From the NCBI GenBank assembly GCA_050273025.1, contig CP158635.1:27280001-27344000 (forward strand): a stretch of 64,000 nucleotides of DNA, in the 5' to 3' direction. The notes below the pieces were generated by a model that worked only from the letters and a program-made list of their open reading frames with translations, did not search any database and was not told the DNA's origin. Of the stretch, positions 1-12,015 are shown in pieces. The stretch is from Cenococcum geophilum (Eukaryota). The stretch's first letter is position 1. Each line of letters starts with the position of its first letter. The translations under genes were made by a program, and so were the position numbers.

Positions 1-204
1 CACGGATTTGGTGCACTCAAAGCCAACGAGAGTTGATGGTGGAAGCATCCATTCGCAATAATGTATTACGAATTCAGTCAAATCTCGATCTTGATGTTGT
101 GAAAATAAGGAAAGTTCACCGCGAGCCAGGTGTGGTGTCCTCGCAACACTAACTCCCCGCAACGCGTCCACCAGAGCCCGCTAAACAACCACATCACCAC
201 CAAA

Positions 205-2102
205 ATGCCTAGGTACCTGTTGACCTCTTTGATCCTAATACATATGTTATTAACGCTCTATACAGAGAAATAATAACACTCCAGGCGGGCCAGTGCGGCA
301 ACAGCGGTGCGTCCTGACTCTACATACCCTCTCCGAATGCTCTCTACTATCTGCCACACTGCATGGATTCTTGTTGCGCGCCTTCCCATGCTAGACACAT
401 ATGACGATTTTCTTGAATGTGAGCTTACGAAATTTAGTGGGCAGTCAATTCTGGCAGCAGCTCTGTCAAGAACATGGCATCAATCAGGACGGTAACCTCG
501 AAGACTTCGCGACAGAAGGCGGCGATAGGAAAGACGTCTTCTTCTATCAGGTAGAAAATAGCTCGACCCCTAAGCGCTGCACAACTACTAATATATGCCT
601 TCAGTCCGACGACACGAGATACATCCCCCGTGCTATACTACTCGACCTCGAACCGCGGGTATGTCTCCACCGAGATCAAATATTAGCATGAGTGAAGGAA
701 ACTGAACTAAGGTCATATCTAGGTACTCAATGCAATACAAAATGGCCCCTACAAGAATATATATAACCCGGAAAACTTCTACATCCACAAAGATGGCACC
801 GGTGCGGGAAACAACTGGGGAGCGGGATACGCCATGGGGGAGCAGGTACACGAAGAGGTTATGGATATGATTGACAGGGAGGCTGACGGCAGTGATTCTC
901 TAGAGGTGAGGATACCTGGTATGCTGTGGTGCTGCCATAAGCTAATTGTGAAAGGGATTCATGCTACTACATTCAATTGCGGGTGGTACTGGCTCTGGAA
1001 TGGGAAGTTTTCTACTTGAAAGACTCAACGATCGATTTCCGAAGAAGCTGATCCAGACGTATTCTGTCTTTCCCGATACTCATGATGCCGGAGACATTGT
1101 TGTGCAGCCATACAACAGCCTACTCTCGATGCGGAGATTGACCCAAAATGCCGACTCGGTGGTATGTAGGAGATAATATTGCTGTAAGGCATTTAGCTAA
1201 TCTTTCTAGGTTGTTCTTGACAATGGAGCACTATCGAGAATCGCAGCTGACAGATTACATGTCCAAGAACCTTCATTTGCGCAGACGAATCAGCTAGTAC
1301 GTTAAACACTGGCTTCAACCCTACATCACTACTTATCCATCCTAGGTATCAACCGTCATGTCCGCAAGCACAACTACCCTCCGATATCCCGGCTACATGC
1401 ACAACGACCTTGTTGGCATCGTAGCTTCTCTCATCCCTACACCACGCTGTCATTTCCTCATGACCTCCTACACACCCTTCACAGGCGAGAACGTCGAGCA
1501 AGCCAAGACCGTGCGGAAGACCACAGTCCTAGACGTCATGCGGCGACTCCTCCAACCAAAGAACCGCATGGTGTCCACCAACCCTAGCAAAAAGAGCTGC
1601 TACATCTCCATCCTAAACATCATCCAAGGCGAGGCCGACCCCACCGACGTAAGCATCCTCAACCCTCCCCCCTTCCATCCCCTCACTCTCTAACGCAAGA
1701 AAAATCCAGGTCCACAAATCCCTCCTCCGCATCCGCGAGCGCCGCCTCGCAACCTTTATCCCCTGGGGCCCGGCCTCAATCCAAGTGGCGCTGACGCGCA
1801 AATCGCCGTACATCCCGTCGTCGCACCGTGTGTCGGGCCTCATGCTAGCCAACCACACAGGCATCGCCACGCTGTTCAAGCGCATCGTCTTCCAGTATGA
1901 CCGCTTGCGCAAGCGCAACGCCTTCCTCGAGCAGTACAAGCGCGAGGCGCCCTTCGCCGACGGCCTGGGCGAGTTCGACGAGGCCAGAGAGGTCGTGCAG
2001 GATTTGATCCGCGAGTATGAGGAGGCGGAGGAGCCGGACTATTTGAGTAAAGAGGTGGGGGTTGCGGCGGGGGGGAAGGAAGGAGAGGCCGGTGCGGCGT
2101 GA
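205..2102 (+). CDS. mipA: gamma-tubulin, 9 exons (205-212, 266-306, 438-550, 605-658, 723-905, 955-1161, 1210-1296, 1346-1648, 1710-2102)
   Basis: Spliced translation begins [31 protein letters not shown]. It contains gamma-tubulin motifs [38 protein letters not shown] and SGLMLANHT. All introns are GT..AG and the frame is open to TGA at 2100-2102. Confidence 0.97.
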
Positions 2103-2741
2103 GGGGCTTGGTTGGACGTATTGGGGCGGTTTTTGGGTGTTTGTAGGAGCGGATGGGATTGGGTGGGGGTATGGCGTTTTAGGATTGGTTTTTGGGATGC
2201 TGTCAATGCTGATGATATTGCTGATGCGGATGTGCTTGAGGTTAGAAAATTGGAGATATGAAAACACCTACCCGGAGTTTTTCAATTTATGACAATTACA
2301 CCGCCTCTTTACATCTCGTTGTAAGTGCCTATTGACCTTGGGTGATCAAATGGCATAAGTTCATACCTTTTTATATCAAGCACGACCACTTTAACGTATT
2401 TCTACTTATTTTTGGTATAATTCTACATGGAGAGAGTATAAATCCACGCAGTTTGATCAGCACGATCAACACGCATTTACAACGAGATGCAAAGAGGTAG
2501 TGTAGCGATAAGGTACTCAAGGCTGTCCCGTGCAGTTAAAAGCGTACTCATTTGTAGCATCGTAGTATTCATTAGATCATACACACGAAAATCTTGGTCC
2601 GCACAACAATTCAGCCAAAGGAAATGTGGTATGATATCGTTAAATTACTCTCTACAACTTAGAGATCTTCTCCGAAGCTCCATATCCTAGGAAACCCGCT
2701 CGACGGTATAAAGAAATTCGTTGAACGTAATCACACAATCG

Positions 2742-3375
2742 TTAAAACATAGTCCCATTGGGGTTTTCATGCCAAGGATTCCCATCTTGCGGGTCGTTAT
2801 TGCTCCACTCTTACAGCACCATCTTTTTGATGTCTTTTTTCAATTCACGGTCGTCCGGGCGGCCGACAAAGAATGTCCTGAGATATGTCCGGCCACGCTC
2901 GCAGAGGCAGTTAGCATAGCAGGCTGGAAATGTGTACGACACACCAAGGGTTGCGCGGACGTACGTGTAGCAGGTTTTGAAGGTCTACGTGACGAGTTAG
3001 CCGTCCAGTCGTTTGTTGGGAGCATTTCACGTGAATTTAAACTCGCGATGAGGATCATGAGGGAAGACCGTTGTGAGATTGCAGGAAGAAGTCCATGTAA
3101 TATGGTGACATGACTCCAGTCTCGACAAGAGTTCCGGGAAGACAGTTCAAGTTCTTTAGAGCTTTATCTTCGTCGTATATAGGATAGAATTTGGTATGAT
3201 GTCGTTTGGCGACAACCACGGCCGTGATGCGAACCTCGGAAATTTCTATGCCTTTCTCATCCACTATTGATTTGAATGCGGAGCGAATTTTAGGAATCTC
3301 CATTTTGCGCACAGCATAATACTAGCTGTCGCTGACACTGTCGCGGTAGTAGAGAATGTTTGTGGGCAGTTTCCC
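2742..3375 (-). pseudogene. Argonaute (PIWI domain C-terminal part) pseudogene fragment
   Basis: Minus strand reads LPTNILYYRDSVSDS*Y...ITAVVVAKRHHTKFYP...NCLPGTLVETGVMSPYYMDFFLQSHNGL. After a CTAAC..TAG acceptor, exon 2984-2742 reads TFKTCYTYVRATLGVSY..PACYANCLCERGRTYL...GNPWHENPNGTMF*. It has in-frame stops and an RDG->RDS change, lacks the GT(A)RP.HY segment, and no N/PAZ/MID sequence is visible upstream. Confidence 0.9.
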
Positions 3376-3730
3376 TTAAACAGCATCAAAAGTTAGATTA
3401 TCGTTAATTACACCAAAAAAGGCTTAATTAGGGCATGTAGATTGTAATACCAAAGGTATCGTTATATACCCGGTATCGTATTAAGGAGTTTTGCCTGTAG
3501 TGGGGCCAGGCAGGGCAAATCCGGCCGCAGCCCAGCCTGAGAGGTAACCGCCTCTTTTATACGAACTTCTCAGTAACAATATTAGCCTATGACTTACCAT
3601 GAGTCGCACTAGGCGGAAAAAATCCATCCATCCAGCAGCGACAGCAACCGCAACTAATTCATTGCACTACCTAGGTATCTGCGAGATCCCGAGCTCATTC
3701 TTTGAGTGTTGCGCATATTGAGGGCAGGAA

Positions 3731-6700
3731 ATGGCGGTCCCATTTGGGTTCTCCGTTGGTGATTTCATCGCGGTAAGTCTCTACTCCACACTATACTAGT
3801 TCTCCCAGAAGCTGTCTTTTAAGCTAACCAGACCCTGTAGGTGGGAAAGCTTGTGCACGATATCATCCAAGCAATCAGTGAGTGTAACGGGGCGGCCGCA
3901 GATTATCGATCTTTCGTCTCCACTCTCAGATCGTTATACAGTTGCACCAACGCGATAAAGGATCTCTTGGAAAAGTTTGTCCAGGATGCCTCGAATTTCG
4001 AGTTGCACGAAGTAGCCCTCATTAATGGACTTATGTACGAGATGTATGGCTGCAGGGACCTTCTAAATGCATTTCTGGACAAAACATATAAATATACAGC
4101 GAGCTTTCTCCCCCCCTGCGAAGCAAAGAAATTTGAGGAAGCGCAGACGGTAATATCGCTTTTCCGTAGACGGAAAGCAGGCATGATGGGATTAAAGAAG
4201 GCATGGAGGGAAGTATCGTGGGCTATCTTTCGGAAAGAGGACATCCAAAATCTTGAAAGAGACTTGGAAAGACATCTGCGAGCATTCCAGATATATGGAA
4301 CATTTCTTCCACTGTAAGTGTGGAACTATTCTATTGAAGATGCCCTGCGCTATATACTAGTTATTCCGCTGAATATCTCTTCTAGATTGTCTTTGTCTCG
4401 GGCCGAGAAGAATACTGCCGAAACTGCGCTTATCACACGTGAAACCCAGGTTATGATGACAGAGATGTTTAATTTCCTGAAATCCGTCTACAACATGCTT
4501 CCTCTACAAATTAGTGATAATATGAACAAGTGCCAGCCGATCTTTTTCGAAGATGCTCTTGGACGTTCAATCGAGCTCCCCCGAGAGTTTTGTGTCTCTA
4601 AAGAAGTATGTTAGGAAAGGCAGTAATATTCTCAGAGTATTACGGCGGCTGATAGCAATGCAGAGATTCCAACGACATCTTGAAATATTATTTGAGGGTA
4701 TGCCCGGGCATGACAAAGTTGCCAAGAAAGAATATCAACTGGAAGACGTCGCGGGAATAACTACCATTTCAGCTGACAACTGGCATCTTAAAGTAACGGC
4801 CGGCAGGGCTTCCATCAGTATTGAATATTGCTTATTGATATTGAATATTGAATATTGAACGTTCAATATCAATATCAATACGAAATGTTCAATACTGAAA
4901 GATATTAAATATTGAAGATTTTTGGAGTTAAGGTGGTAAAAATATCGGTAAATGGCTCTTGGGCCTCCTTACAATACGTGCGCATTTTAAATTTGTTAGG
5001 TAAACCTATAGAAAGTAGAAATTACTAAATATTAAATTAAGTCTTATAAGGCATCGCGCACAATATTGTTAATTTTAACGATTTTTATCCCCCCCTACAC
5101 TCTACCCTTGATTAACGCCATGCCTCCCTTATCTACCATCGTAATTAATGACGACGATATATCCTCTTATGCCATTTCCGAGCTTAATTCTGATCAGTTT
5201 ACCTACTTTGGCGGCAATAATAACGCGTTAAGCAACTCCACACTAAATATACCAACTGTAGCCACCCTAAAGTCGTCTCGTAAAAGGCGTAGGTTAGCTA
5301 CTTCTACGTGGGAGCTTACCCGTGATCCTCTCCCTTATAAAGCTATTCGCGACGGCAAGAATCAGATATGGTACTGCTTAATGTGCGAATAGAATTCTGC
5401 CTCCTTAATATCTGTTCGCGCCCACCTGGCTAAAAAGCATAGTATAGAGATTTAAGCTGGAGAGGTTCGAGCAAAGCGATTGCGAGAGGAGCGCCTCTTA
5501 AATATACTGAACAGCTTATAAGCCTCTAGATAGGTTGAACGCGAAGCTTAAGAAGAGCGAGTTCTTTAAGCTGCCATTAATCGCGCCTTTAATAAAGCTC
5601 TTATACAGCTTATTACTACACGAAATTTACCATATAATGCAGCTACCTGGCCAGAGCTATACGCGTTACTTATGACAGTTAATTATACTGTAGAGGAAGT
5701 TGTAATTAATGCGAAATTAACTATACTAAAGCTAATTAAGTAATTGTATATAGTACACCGCGATATTCTAAAGTTAAAGCTTTAAAGCTCTCTTTCAAAA
5801 ATCCACTTCTTAATTAATATGTGGACATCACCAAACCACTATTCCTTTTAAGTAATTATTGCTTATTTTATTAAAGTAGAAATAGGGTAGTTGCGGAAGG
5901 CTCTACTTGCTCTACTAGAACTTCCTTTATATGGTAGTGAGGACTAAGCTATAGCCTTCTTTTTTACCGCTGAGAGCTACGGGATTCTTGATAAAATTGG
6001 CTATATATGTGGCGACAATTACAGCTTAAATAATAAGATAAATCGCTTTATATCTACAGGCCTTTAGGTAAAAGGACGCCCTTATTAGAACCCAGTTTAC
6101 TATCAAATTAGATATAGCGGCTATATTATTAACCTTGCCCTCTAAGCCTTCCTCTACCTTAAAGACAGAGACGCGATTAACGAAGCCCTTTGGCAAGTTT
6201 AGCTTAATAAGAATTTAATAATTAATAAGAAGCTTGTATAAAGGATAAAGGAAGCAAAGGCCGCAGGCTAGAGAGAAATTAGTACGCTTGGTAAAGTTCA
6301 CAACCTTATTATATATATTTGGGCGTCGGAAGCTCGCTATAATGAGTTTAAAACCTTAGCCGGGCGATTGGTTCCTTTGGATAATAATACTCGGTAGAAC
6401 TTGTGGTTTACTATACTTAACGTTATTAAGAATAAGTAAGTTTAAATGGCAATTAATACGTACTCTCGGAGCTAGTATAAGGAAGTAAAAGATAACTGCC
6501 TTATACTAGAGGATTGGAATATTATTAACGATACGTATACCTTCTTAAAGCCGTTTTATAAGATTATAATAATAAACTAAGGTAACTTCTTATTAATTAA
6601 CCAGACGCTATATACTATAGATATACTTATTAAACACTTTAAGCGGTTAAAGGTAAGCTTTTTAATCACAATTAAGGCTTTACTAATTAGTAATTTTATA

Positions 6701-7985
6701 AAATTAATATCGCCTAAATCTACGCCTTCTCTTAGCCATTATTATAAGCTAGTATACCTTTGATAAATACTATAAGCTTACTAATAATACATCTGCATAC
6801 GCTGCTTTAATCCTCCTTTACCCTTTACGTTGGAAAACCTATATTAAAAGGCACTGGAATAAGAAGTGGTATAAGTAATTATTTACTGTAGTAAGGAAGC
6901 TTTAGGAGGACTAATATATGCGTCGTAAAGTTAGACTAGAACTTACCTCTACTAATCGCTTTATTGAGCCTTCCGAGACAGAACTCTATATGCGCATGCT
7001 TGATATTACTAGTAGCGTAGAAGATAAGTATAAAGACTTTATTAACTTAAAGCCTATTTTAATCTAAGGCATAGCGCTAGAGTGGTGGCTTAATCCAACT
7101 TATAGAGCCAACTACCTATAACTCTCTTAAATGGTAATTAATATATTATCTATACCGTTAATATTAGCAGAGGCTAAGCAAGTCTTTTTAGGTGCACGGC
7201 GAACAGTCTTATGGGAGCGGATATCACTAGGTAGTATAAGTATTGAACGTATGGAGTGCTTAAAGAGTTGGCTACTAAGTAATATCACCGCCGATGGGAG
7301 ACTTATGGCGATAAATGTAGTATGAGAGGCTTCTGAACTCTTGGTAGAATATAGAGAGTAGTTAACACCTACTATACCGCGCTAAGGATCATGAACTTAA
7401 TAATAGTGGTAAGAGAGCGGTTATAAGAAAGTAGCTGTTTTGAAGCTTTACTAAAGCTTAGGGGTATACGGAGCCTACTTGTAATTAAAACACTATATCA
7501 AGACTGTACTACATTTAATATTCAATATCTTTTCAATACTGAATTACTATTCAATATCAATATCAATACGGCCTCATACTGATATTGAATACTGATGGAA
7601 GCCCTGACGGCTGGGGCAAGAGTAGCGATGATCTTACTTTTTCAACTTGCTTCTAGAGAAAAGGGCTCAGTCGCCTAAATTTGCCCGAGATGCGACACCA
7701 TAAACAGCGAATCCAATTTGCAGCAAGGCATGACTGAATGGTGTGTCATCCTATGCCCTTACTGTGCGCCATGCTAAAGGAAAGATTCTTCCAAATAGCT
7801 TTAATTGCAAACTCTTATTCGAAATAGTTGATACAAAGTACATCGCTGAGTTACGAGACAACACATCGCACGAGGTAGGCCGTGCAGTTGATGGTTCGAA
7901 CCACCTGGGCTCCCAGCAACAGGAAAGGAGGGGGAGCATGGAGCAGGATGCATTCCGTAGAATCCGTTATTTTTGCGGGACTCAA
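3731..7985 (+). pseudogene. Fungal HeLo-like (STAND N-terminal-type) + ubiquitin-like domain + CxxC..CxxC protein, disrupted by hAT insertion
   Basis: Exons are 3731-3772 (MAVPFGFSVGDFIA), 3841-4313, 4386-4605 (QPIFFEDALGRSIELPREFC), 4664-4803 joined to 7615-7740 across the hAT (NWHLKVTAG|ARVAMILLF...CPRC), and 7799-7985 (CFNCKLLF...FRRIRY). In-frame TAA at 7676-7678. Domain names are from motif recall; the 3' end is uncertain. Confidence 0.75.
4804..7606 (+). mobile_element. hAT DNA transposon 1 (RIP-inactivated)
   Basis: 19-bp perfect TIR CAGGGCTTCCATCAGTATT. 8-bp TSD ACGGCCGG (4796-4803) / ACGGCTGG (7607-7614). Subterminal TATTGAA/TTCAATA repeats. Degenerate transposase ~5119-7325 with BED-like WYCLMC, D.WTSPN, DN.TRWNSW and dimerization-domain remnants. 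Confidence 0.95.
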
Positions 7986-8613
7986 GTAAGAGCATAAGCA
8001 TATATCTATCGAATAAATGGCTAACGCTGTCTTTTAACTCTTGTAAGAAAGAAAATGCAAAGGCAACTAGGCTCTTCTCTCTCTCTAAAAAAGTTATTTT
8101 GTACAAAAAAAGGAAGAGAAGCGCTTTTTCTATTCCTAGATAGGACAGAAATAGCTACTAGAAAGTGGCTAAGAGCAGCAGGATCTCTAGAAGGAGGTAA
8201 CTCCTACTAGGATCCTAGTAGATAGATATTAGAAAGCAAAAGGACAGAAGTAAACTACAAAAGGATAGGGACAGGCGTTAGGATTTCTTATTTCTTAATT
8301 TTTTCTACCGTTTTCTCATTACCTAATGGTTATTAGCAAACTAGTATTTTTACTAAAGAGCTATAAGCTAATAGGACATAGTTACTAGTACATGTTAAGC
8401 TGCCCGAGAGGGATTCATGTATATAGAACTATAGCGCCATAGCCTAGAGGCTACATGCGCAGTATTGTACGTAGTATAATACAATTGGATATAAAAAATA
8501 AAAAATAAAAAAAAACTCTTGTAGGATGTAAGCGAAGCCGACCTGAGCCGAGTAGATGTCTGTTGAATAAATGGCTGACGCTGTCCTTTTAACTTTTATA
8601 GTTATACTGCAGC

Positions 8614-8895
8614 ATATGTGATTACACTCAGGTTCATTATAAATGTACTCATCTTCGATATACGGTAAGATCTTGGTGCAAGAAATACCTGGAGACCCAT
8701 AAAAGATGTCCAGCAAATGTAGTTGCAATGTAAGAAAACTCTCATCATTTTATACATAGCTAACACTCCATCTAGCGAATACCGGCTTGATGAGAATTGT
8801 GGTGAGTCAACCATCTACTCTGGAAACCAAGACTGACTATATTCTTAGGTGACTGTAAAGATGTGTCCTCGAAATCAAAGACAAGTGGGGATTGA
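8614..8895 (+). pseudogene. Small Cys/His-rich fungal protein, 3 exons (8614-8729, 8776-8801, 8849-8895); start codon lost or spliced to upstream gene
   Basis: Spliced: (I)CDYTQVHYKCTHLRYTVRSWCKKYLETHKRCPANVVAIEYRLDENCGDCKDVSSKSKTSGD*, with two canonical GT..CTRAC..AG introns. ATA stands where ATG would be expected. Confidence 0.7.
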
Positions 8896-9708
8896 GCTGG
8901 AAGTTCAAGTTCACTTTGCAAATAAGGGAAAGATATCTTAGGAATGCTAATGGGTTAGTAGAGGGCCGAGAAGTAGGAAAGTAAATCTAACCTTGCCATG
9001 CAATGCTCCACTCTCTGCTTCGGACATCGGCGGTGGCCATATATGCACCACTTCCCTGAAACATAGCCATAGCTACAGAATTCTCGATGCAAACTCTTTT
9101 ACTACCAGACGGTAACTGTTACTTTAGCACCCAATGACAGGAGTGCGCTACTTATAGTAGTTTAAAAAGAAGGGATAGACGCGTACAAGCAAAAAATGAG
9201 ACTAAAGCGGTAAGGGTATGAGAATGTATGAAGAGGCCACCGAGCGTGAATGCTGTAGACGGTAGGGAATCTTTTTATACAAATCTCAATTTCAAGTAAG
9301 AGAAAAAACTGAGATATCACCATACAAAAACTGCCACGCAATTTCTACTTACCTTTGTGCCTTTTATCCATTAGGCCAAACCAATCTTGGGAGACGGGAT
9401 AATGAGCCATAGCATGGTCGACAAGAGACTATCTTATTTCAAAATTAGAGGAATATTTAGGCAAGGATATTCAATTTGGACGGTGGTAGGGACAAAGCAA
9501 TCACATCTCGCAGAGCGTAAATGGATGGCATATACTTCCACTTCTGAAAAATATCTCTTTGCGATATTCCTAATGTTGACCTTATGTATAAACATCCAGA
9601 AAACTATTACTGAGTCCAAAATCCTTTTTCCTATCGTTATTGAACTCATTAATCAACATTAACTGCTCACAGTTAGCACGGTTGGTATAATGCAAGAAAG
9701 CGACTCAG

Positions 9709-9800
9709 AGGCCCCCTCTCCACACCTTGAGTTTCTGCAGGCTCCTTCTCCGCACCTTGGGTTTCTGCAGGCTTTGTCCTAGTATCTTGAGTTTATAAAA
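9709..9800. repeat. ~30-bp imperfect tandem repeat (3 units) at the gene/TE-block boundary
   Basis: Units GAGGCCCCCTCTCCACACCTTGAGTTTCTG / CAGGCTCCTTCTCCGCACCTTGGGTTTCTG / CAGGCTTTGTCCTAGTATCTTGAGTTTATA. Confidence 0.75.
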
Positions 9801-10530
9801 GTCTTCTGCGGCTTATATAAGTCCTATAGAGTTAACGGGTTCCTATAAGGGCTTAGTAAAGCCTCTCTATTTTATAAGGTATATATATTAGCGTTTCCGT
9901 TTATTATACTTAATATTATTAATTCTTTTAATAAAGTACTCGTTTTTACTATCTACTTTAACTAGTAGGGGAGGGTCCTATATTTATTTAGGTAGGGCGT
10001 TTAATATAGGGGTAGTAGGGTAAAGAACTAACGTATAAAATATAGGGTAGATTTAAACTATATTAGGGAGCTTTAATTAATAGGTATAAGGAAAGATAAC
10101 CTTTTTAACCTTATAGGGACCAGCGTTCTTCTAATTAAGTTTCTTAATAGGTAATTTTATATTTAGATTTCTTATATCTAGCTAAATAAAATTATTAATC
10201 TAGTAGGCCAGTACTAGGGTTTAGTTTTTATTTACTACGGCTTTATAAACAAATTAAGCCTATATTATCTTATTAGTAAGAAACTATTATAATTTCTTTA
10301 TCTTCTTTATAAATATATTTACTTTATAATTTATAAGGCATAATAAACGAGGTAAGGAATATTACTAAAGGGTTTAAAACCCATCTATAGATACTAGTCG
10401 TAGTTAGCTAGAAATAGGGAGATCTTTATAGTTTCTAAAACGGAGTTATTTATAGTAAACTTAGTAAATATAATAAGCTAGTTAATCTAGTCGTCTTATA
10501 AGTATAATATATATATCTAAATATACTATT
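9790..10530 (-). mobile_element. Gypsy element H fragment: integrase C-terminus + chromodomain (RIP-degraded)
   Basis: De-RIPed minus-strand reading resembles EQYIR.Y.SYLQDDWVD (integrase) and EYFVERI...YLVKWRG...SWEP...AAEDF (chromodomain). No 3' LTR was recognised. Confidence 0.65.
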
Positions 10531-10717
10531 TATCACGGCACTAACCTAACGCATACTGTTTTATACTATCTCATACTATTTCCTACTATTACCTAGCCTA
10601 CCACTAGTGCCTCTGCGGCCGGCACTACTATTTATATATAATACCCCCTTTCTACCTTCTTCTCCTCTTTATACCACAACGTAGTTATTTAGTTTACTTT
10701 ATTATAGCACTATAACA
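10531..10717 (+). repeat. LTR (187 bp), possibly the 5' LTR of plus-strand Gypsy element D
   Basis: Starts TATCACGG and ends CTATAACA, the RIP forms of TGTCACGG..CCGTGACA terminal inverted repeats. It interrupts the integrase of element H. The link to D is inferred. Confidence 0.55.
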
Positions 10718-12015
10718 GTTTATAGCATCTTTAATTTGCGCCCTATTGCGATTACTAATTCCCTATACCTTAGCTAATTAACCTCTACTATAATAAAGCC
10801 TTATAGGAAATACTACGGTGGACTTGTTAATGGGCTAGGTATATAGGTAAACAAGAAGTCAACAACGTAATAATAACTAGTAGAGTAGTTGCCTAATAGA
10901 TTAACTCTAATTATATTCTAAGATTTACTATAAAGAAGAGAAACTATCTATAGAGACCGTACGTCCTTAAATATATAACTCCTCCCTATAATAAAGGGTT
11001 TAGTATATTAGTACGTTAGTACATTAGTACGTTACGTTCCTATATTCCCACGTTCCTACGATCTAAACTTATAGCGTAACTAGCTATATAACTTAGCTAC
11101 CCCTTATCCTATAGCTTAATTAGTTCTAGCGCCTTCTATACTATCTTAACTAACCTATTTATGTCTATCCTTTGTAGTCGCACTACTACTAATATAAGGT
11201 CCGTAATACTATCCCCCTCCTCTTTATCTTTATCCTTAAATGTAACGGAACCTTGTAGTAGGAACTACGATAGGTTTTGTCAATAGGCTAGGTATATAGG
11301 AAATGTAAAGATAGTAGTCAATAATATAATAATAACTGGTGGAGTGGTTGCCTAATAGATTAACTCTAATTATATTCTAAGAATTACTATAAGGAAGGAA
11401 CTATCTAGGTAGGGACTAAGGGTCCTTAAATACACAACTGTACTCCTATAAAATCCTCCTTATACGCGATATACGTGTTATATATAAGGTATATAAGTTC
11501 CCTTTATTCCTTGCGTTCCTTACGTAGCACCTTATATAACCTTAGCTACCATTTCTCGTTATATAGTTCTACGGGTTTTATCCTAGACCGTGCTTATATT
11601 AACTAACTAGCTTCTTCTAACTCCTCTCTAAGTAGTTATAATATCATACTTAAAGCGTCCGTAATACTATCTCCTTCCTTTTTATCTTTATCCTTAAAGA
11701 TACCTAGCATCTCCAGGTCGTTTATTAGAGGTATAATGTCCGTTTAATTAATTTGGTTAATATCGTTACCTATAATGCCTAAAGCTTCTTCTTCTTTATA
11801 CGCGCAATGTCGTACTTACACTATTACTACAATATTGTCGCTTAGTAAAATAATACCATCTCTATATTTTTGTTGCTTAAAAGAGGGGCTAGTATATATT
11901 ACGTTAGCGAGTCCTTTGTCTTAGCAACCCTCCTCTTATTTAAAGTATACTAGAGTAAACATTTAATTATCTTGCGATATTTGCTCTACTTCTAACGCTA
12001 AATATACGCGTCCTA

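Noticed and set aside
633..2292. Antisense and alternative-frame ORFs over gamma-tubulin
   Set aside because: Shadows of GC-rich tubulin exons and 3' UTR; no independent homology evidence.
2487..3113. Plus-strand ORFs 2487-2690 and 2721-3113
   Set aside because: The second is the antisense shadow of the Argonaute fragment; the first has no recognisable features.
3376..3500. Possible Starship or other large-element boundary at the abrupt start of the Argonaute fragment
   Set aside because: No tyrosine-recombinase captain or matching partner end in the window; the junction also fits an intron acceptor (CTAAC..AAG).
9387..9662. ORFs 9387-9662 (+) and 9434-9649 (-)
   Set aside because: No recognisable motifs or splice structure; cannot be supported as genes.
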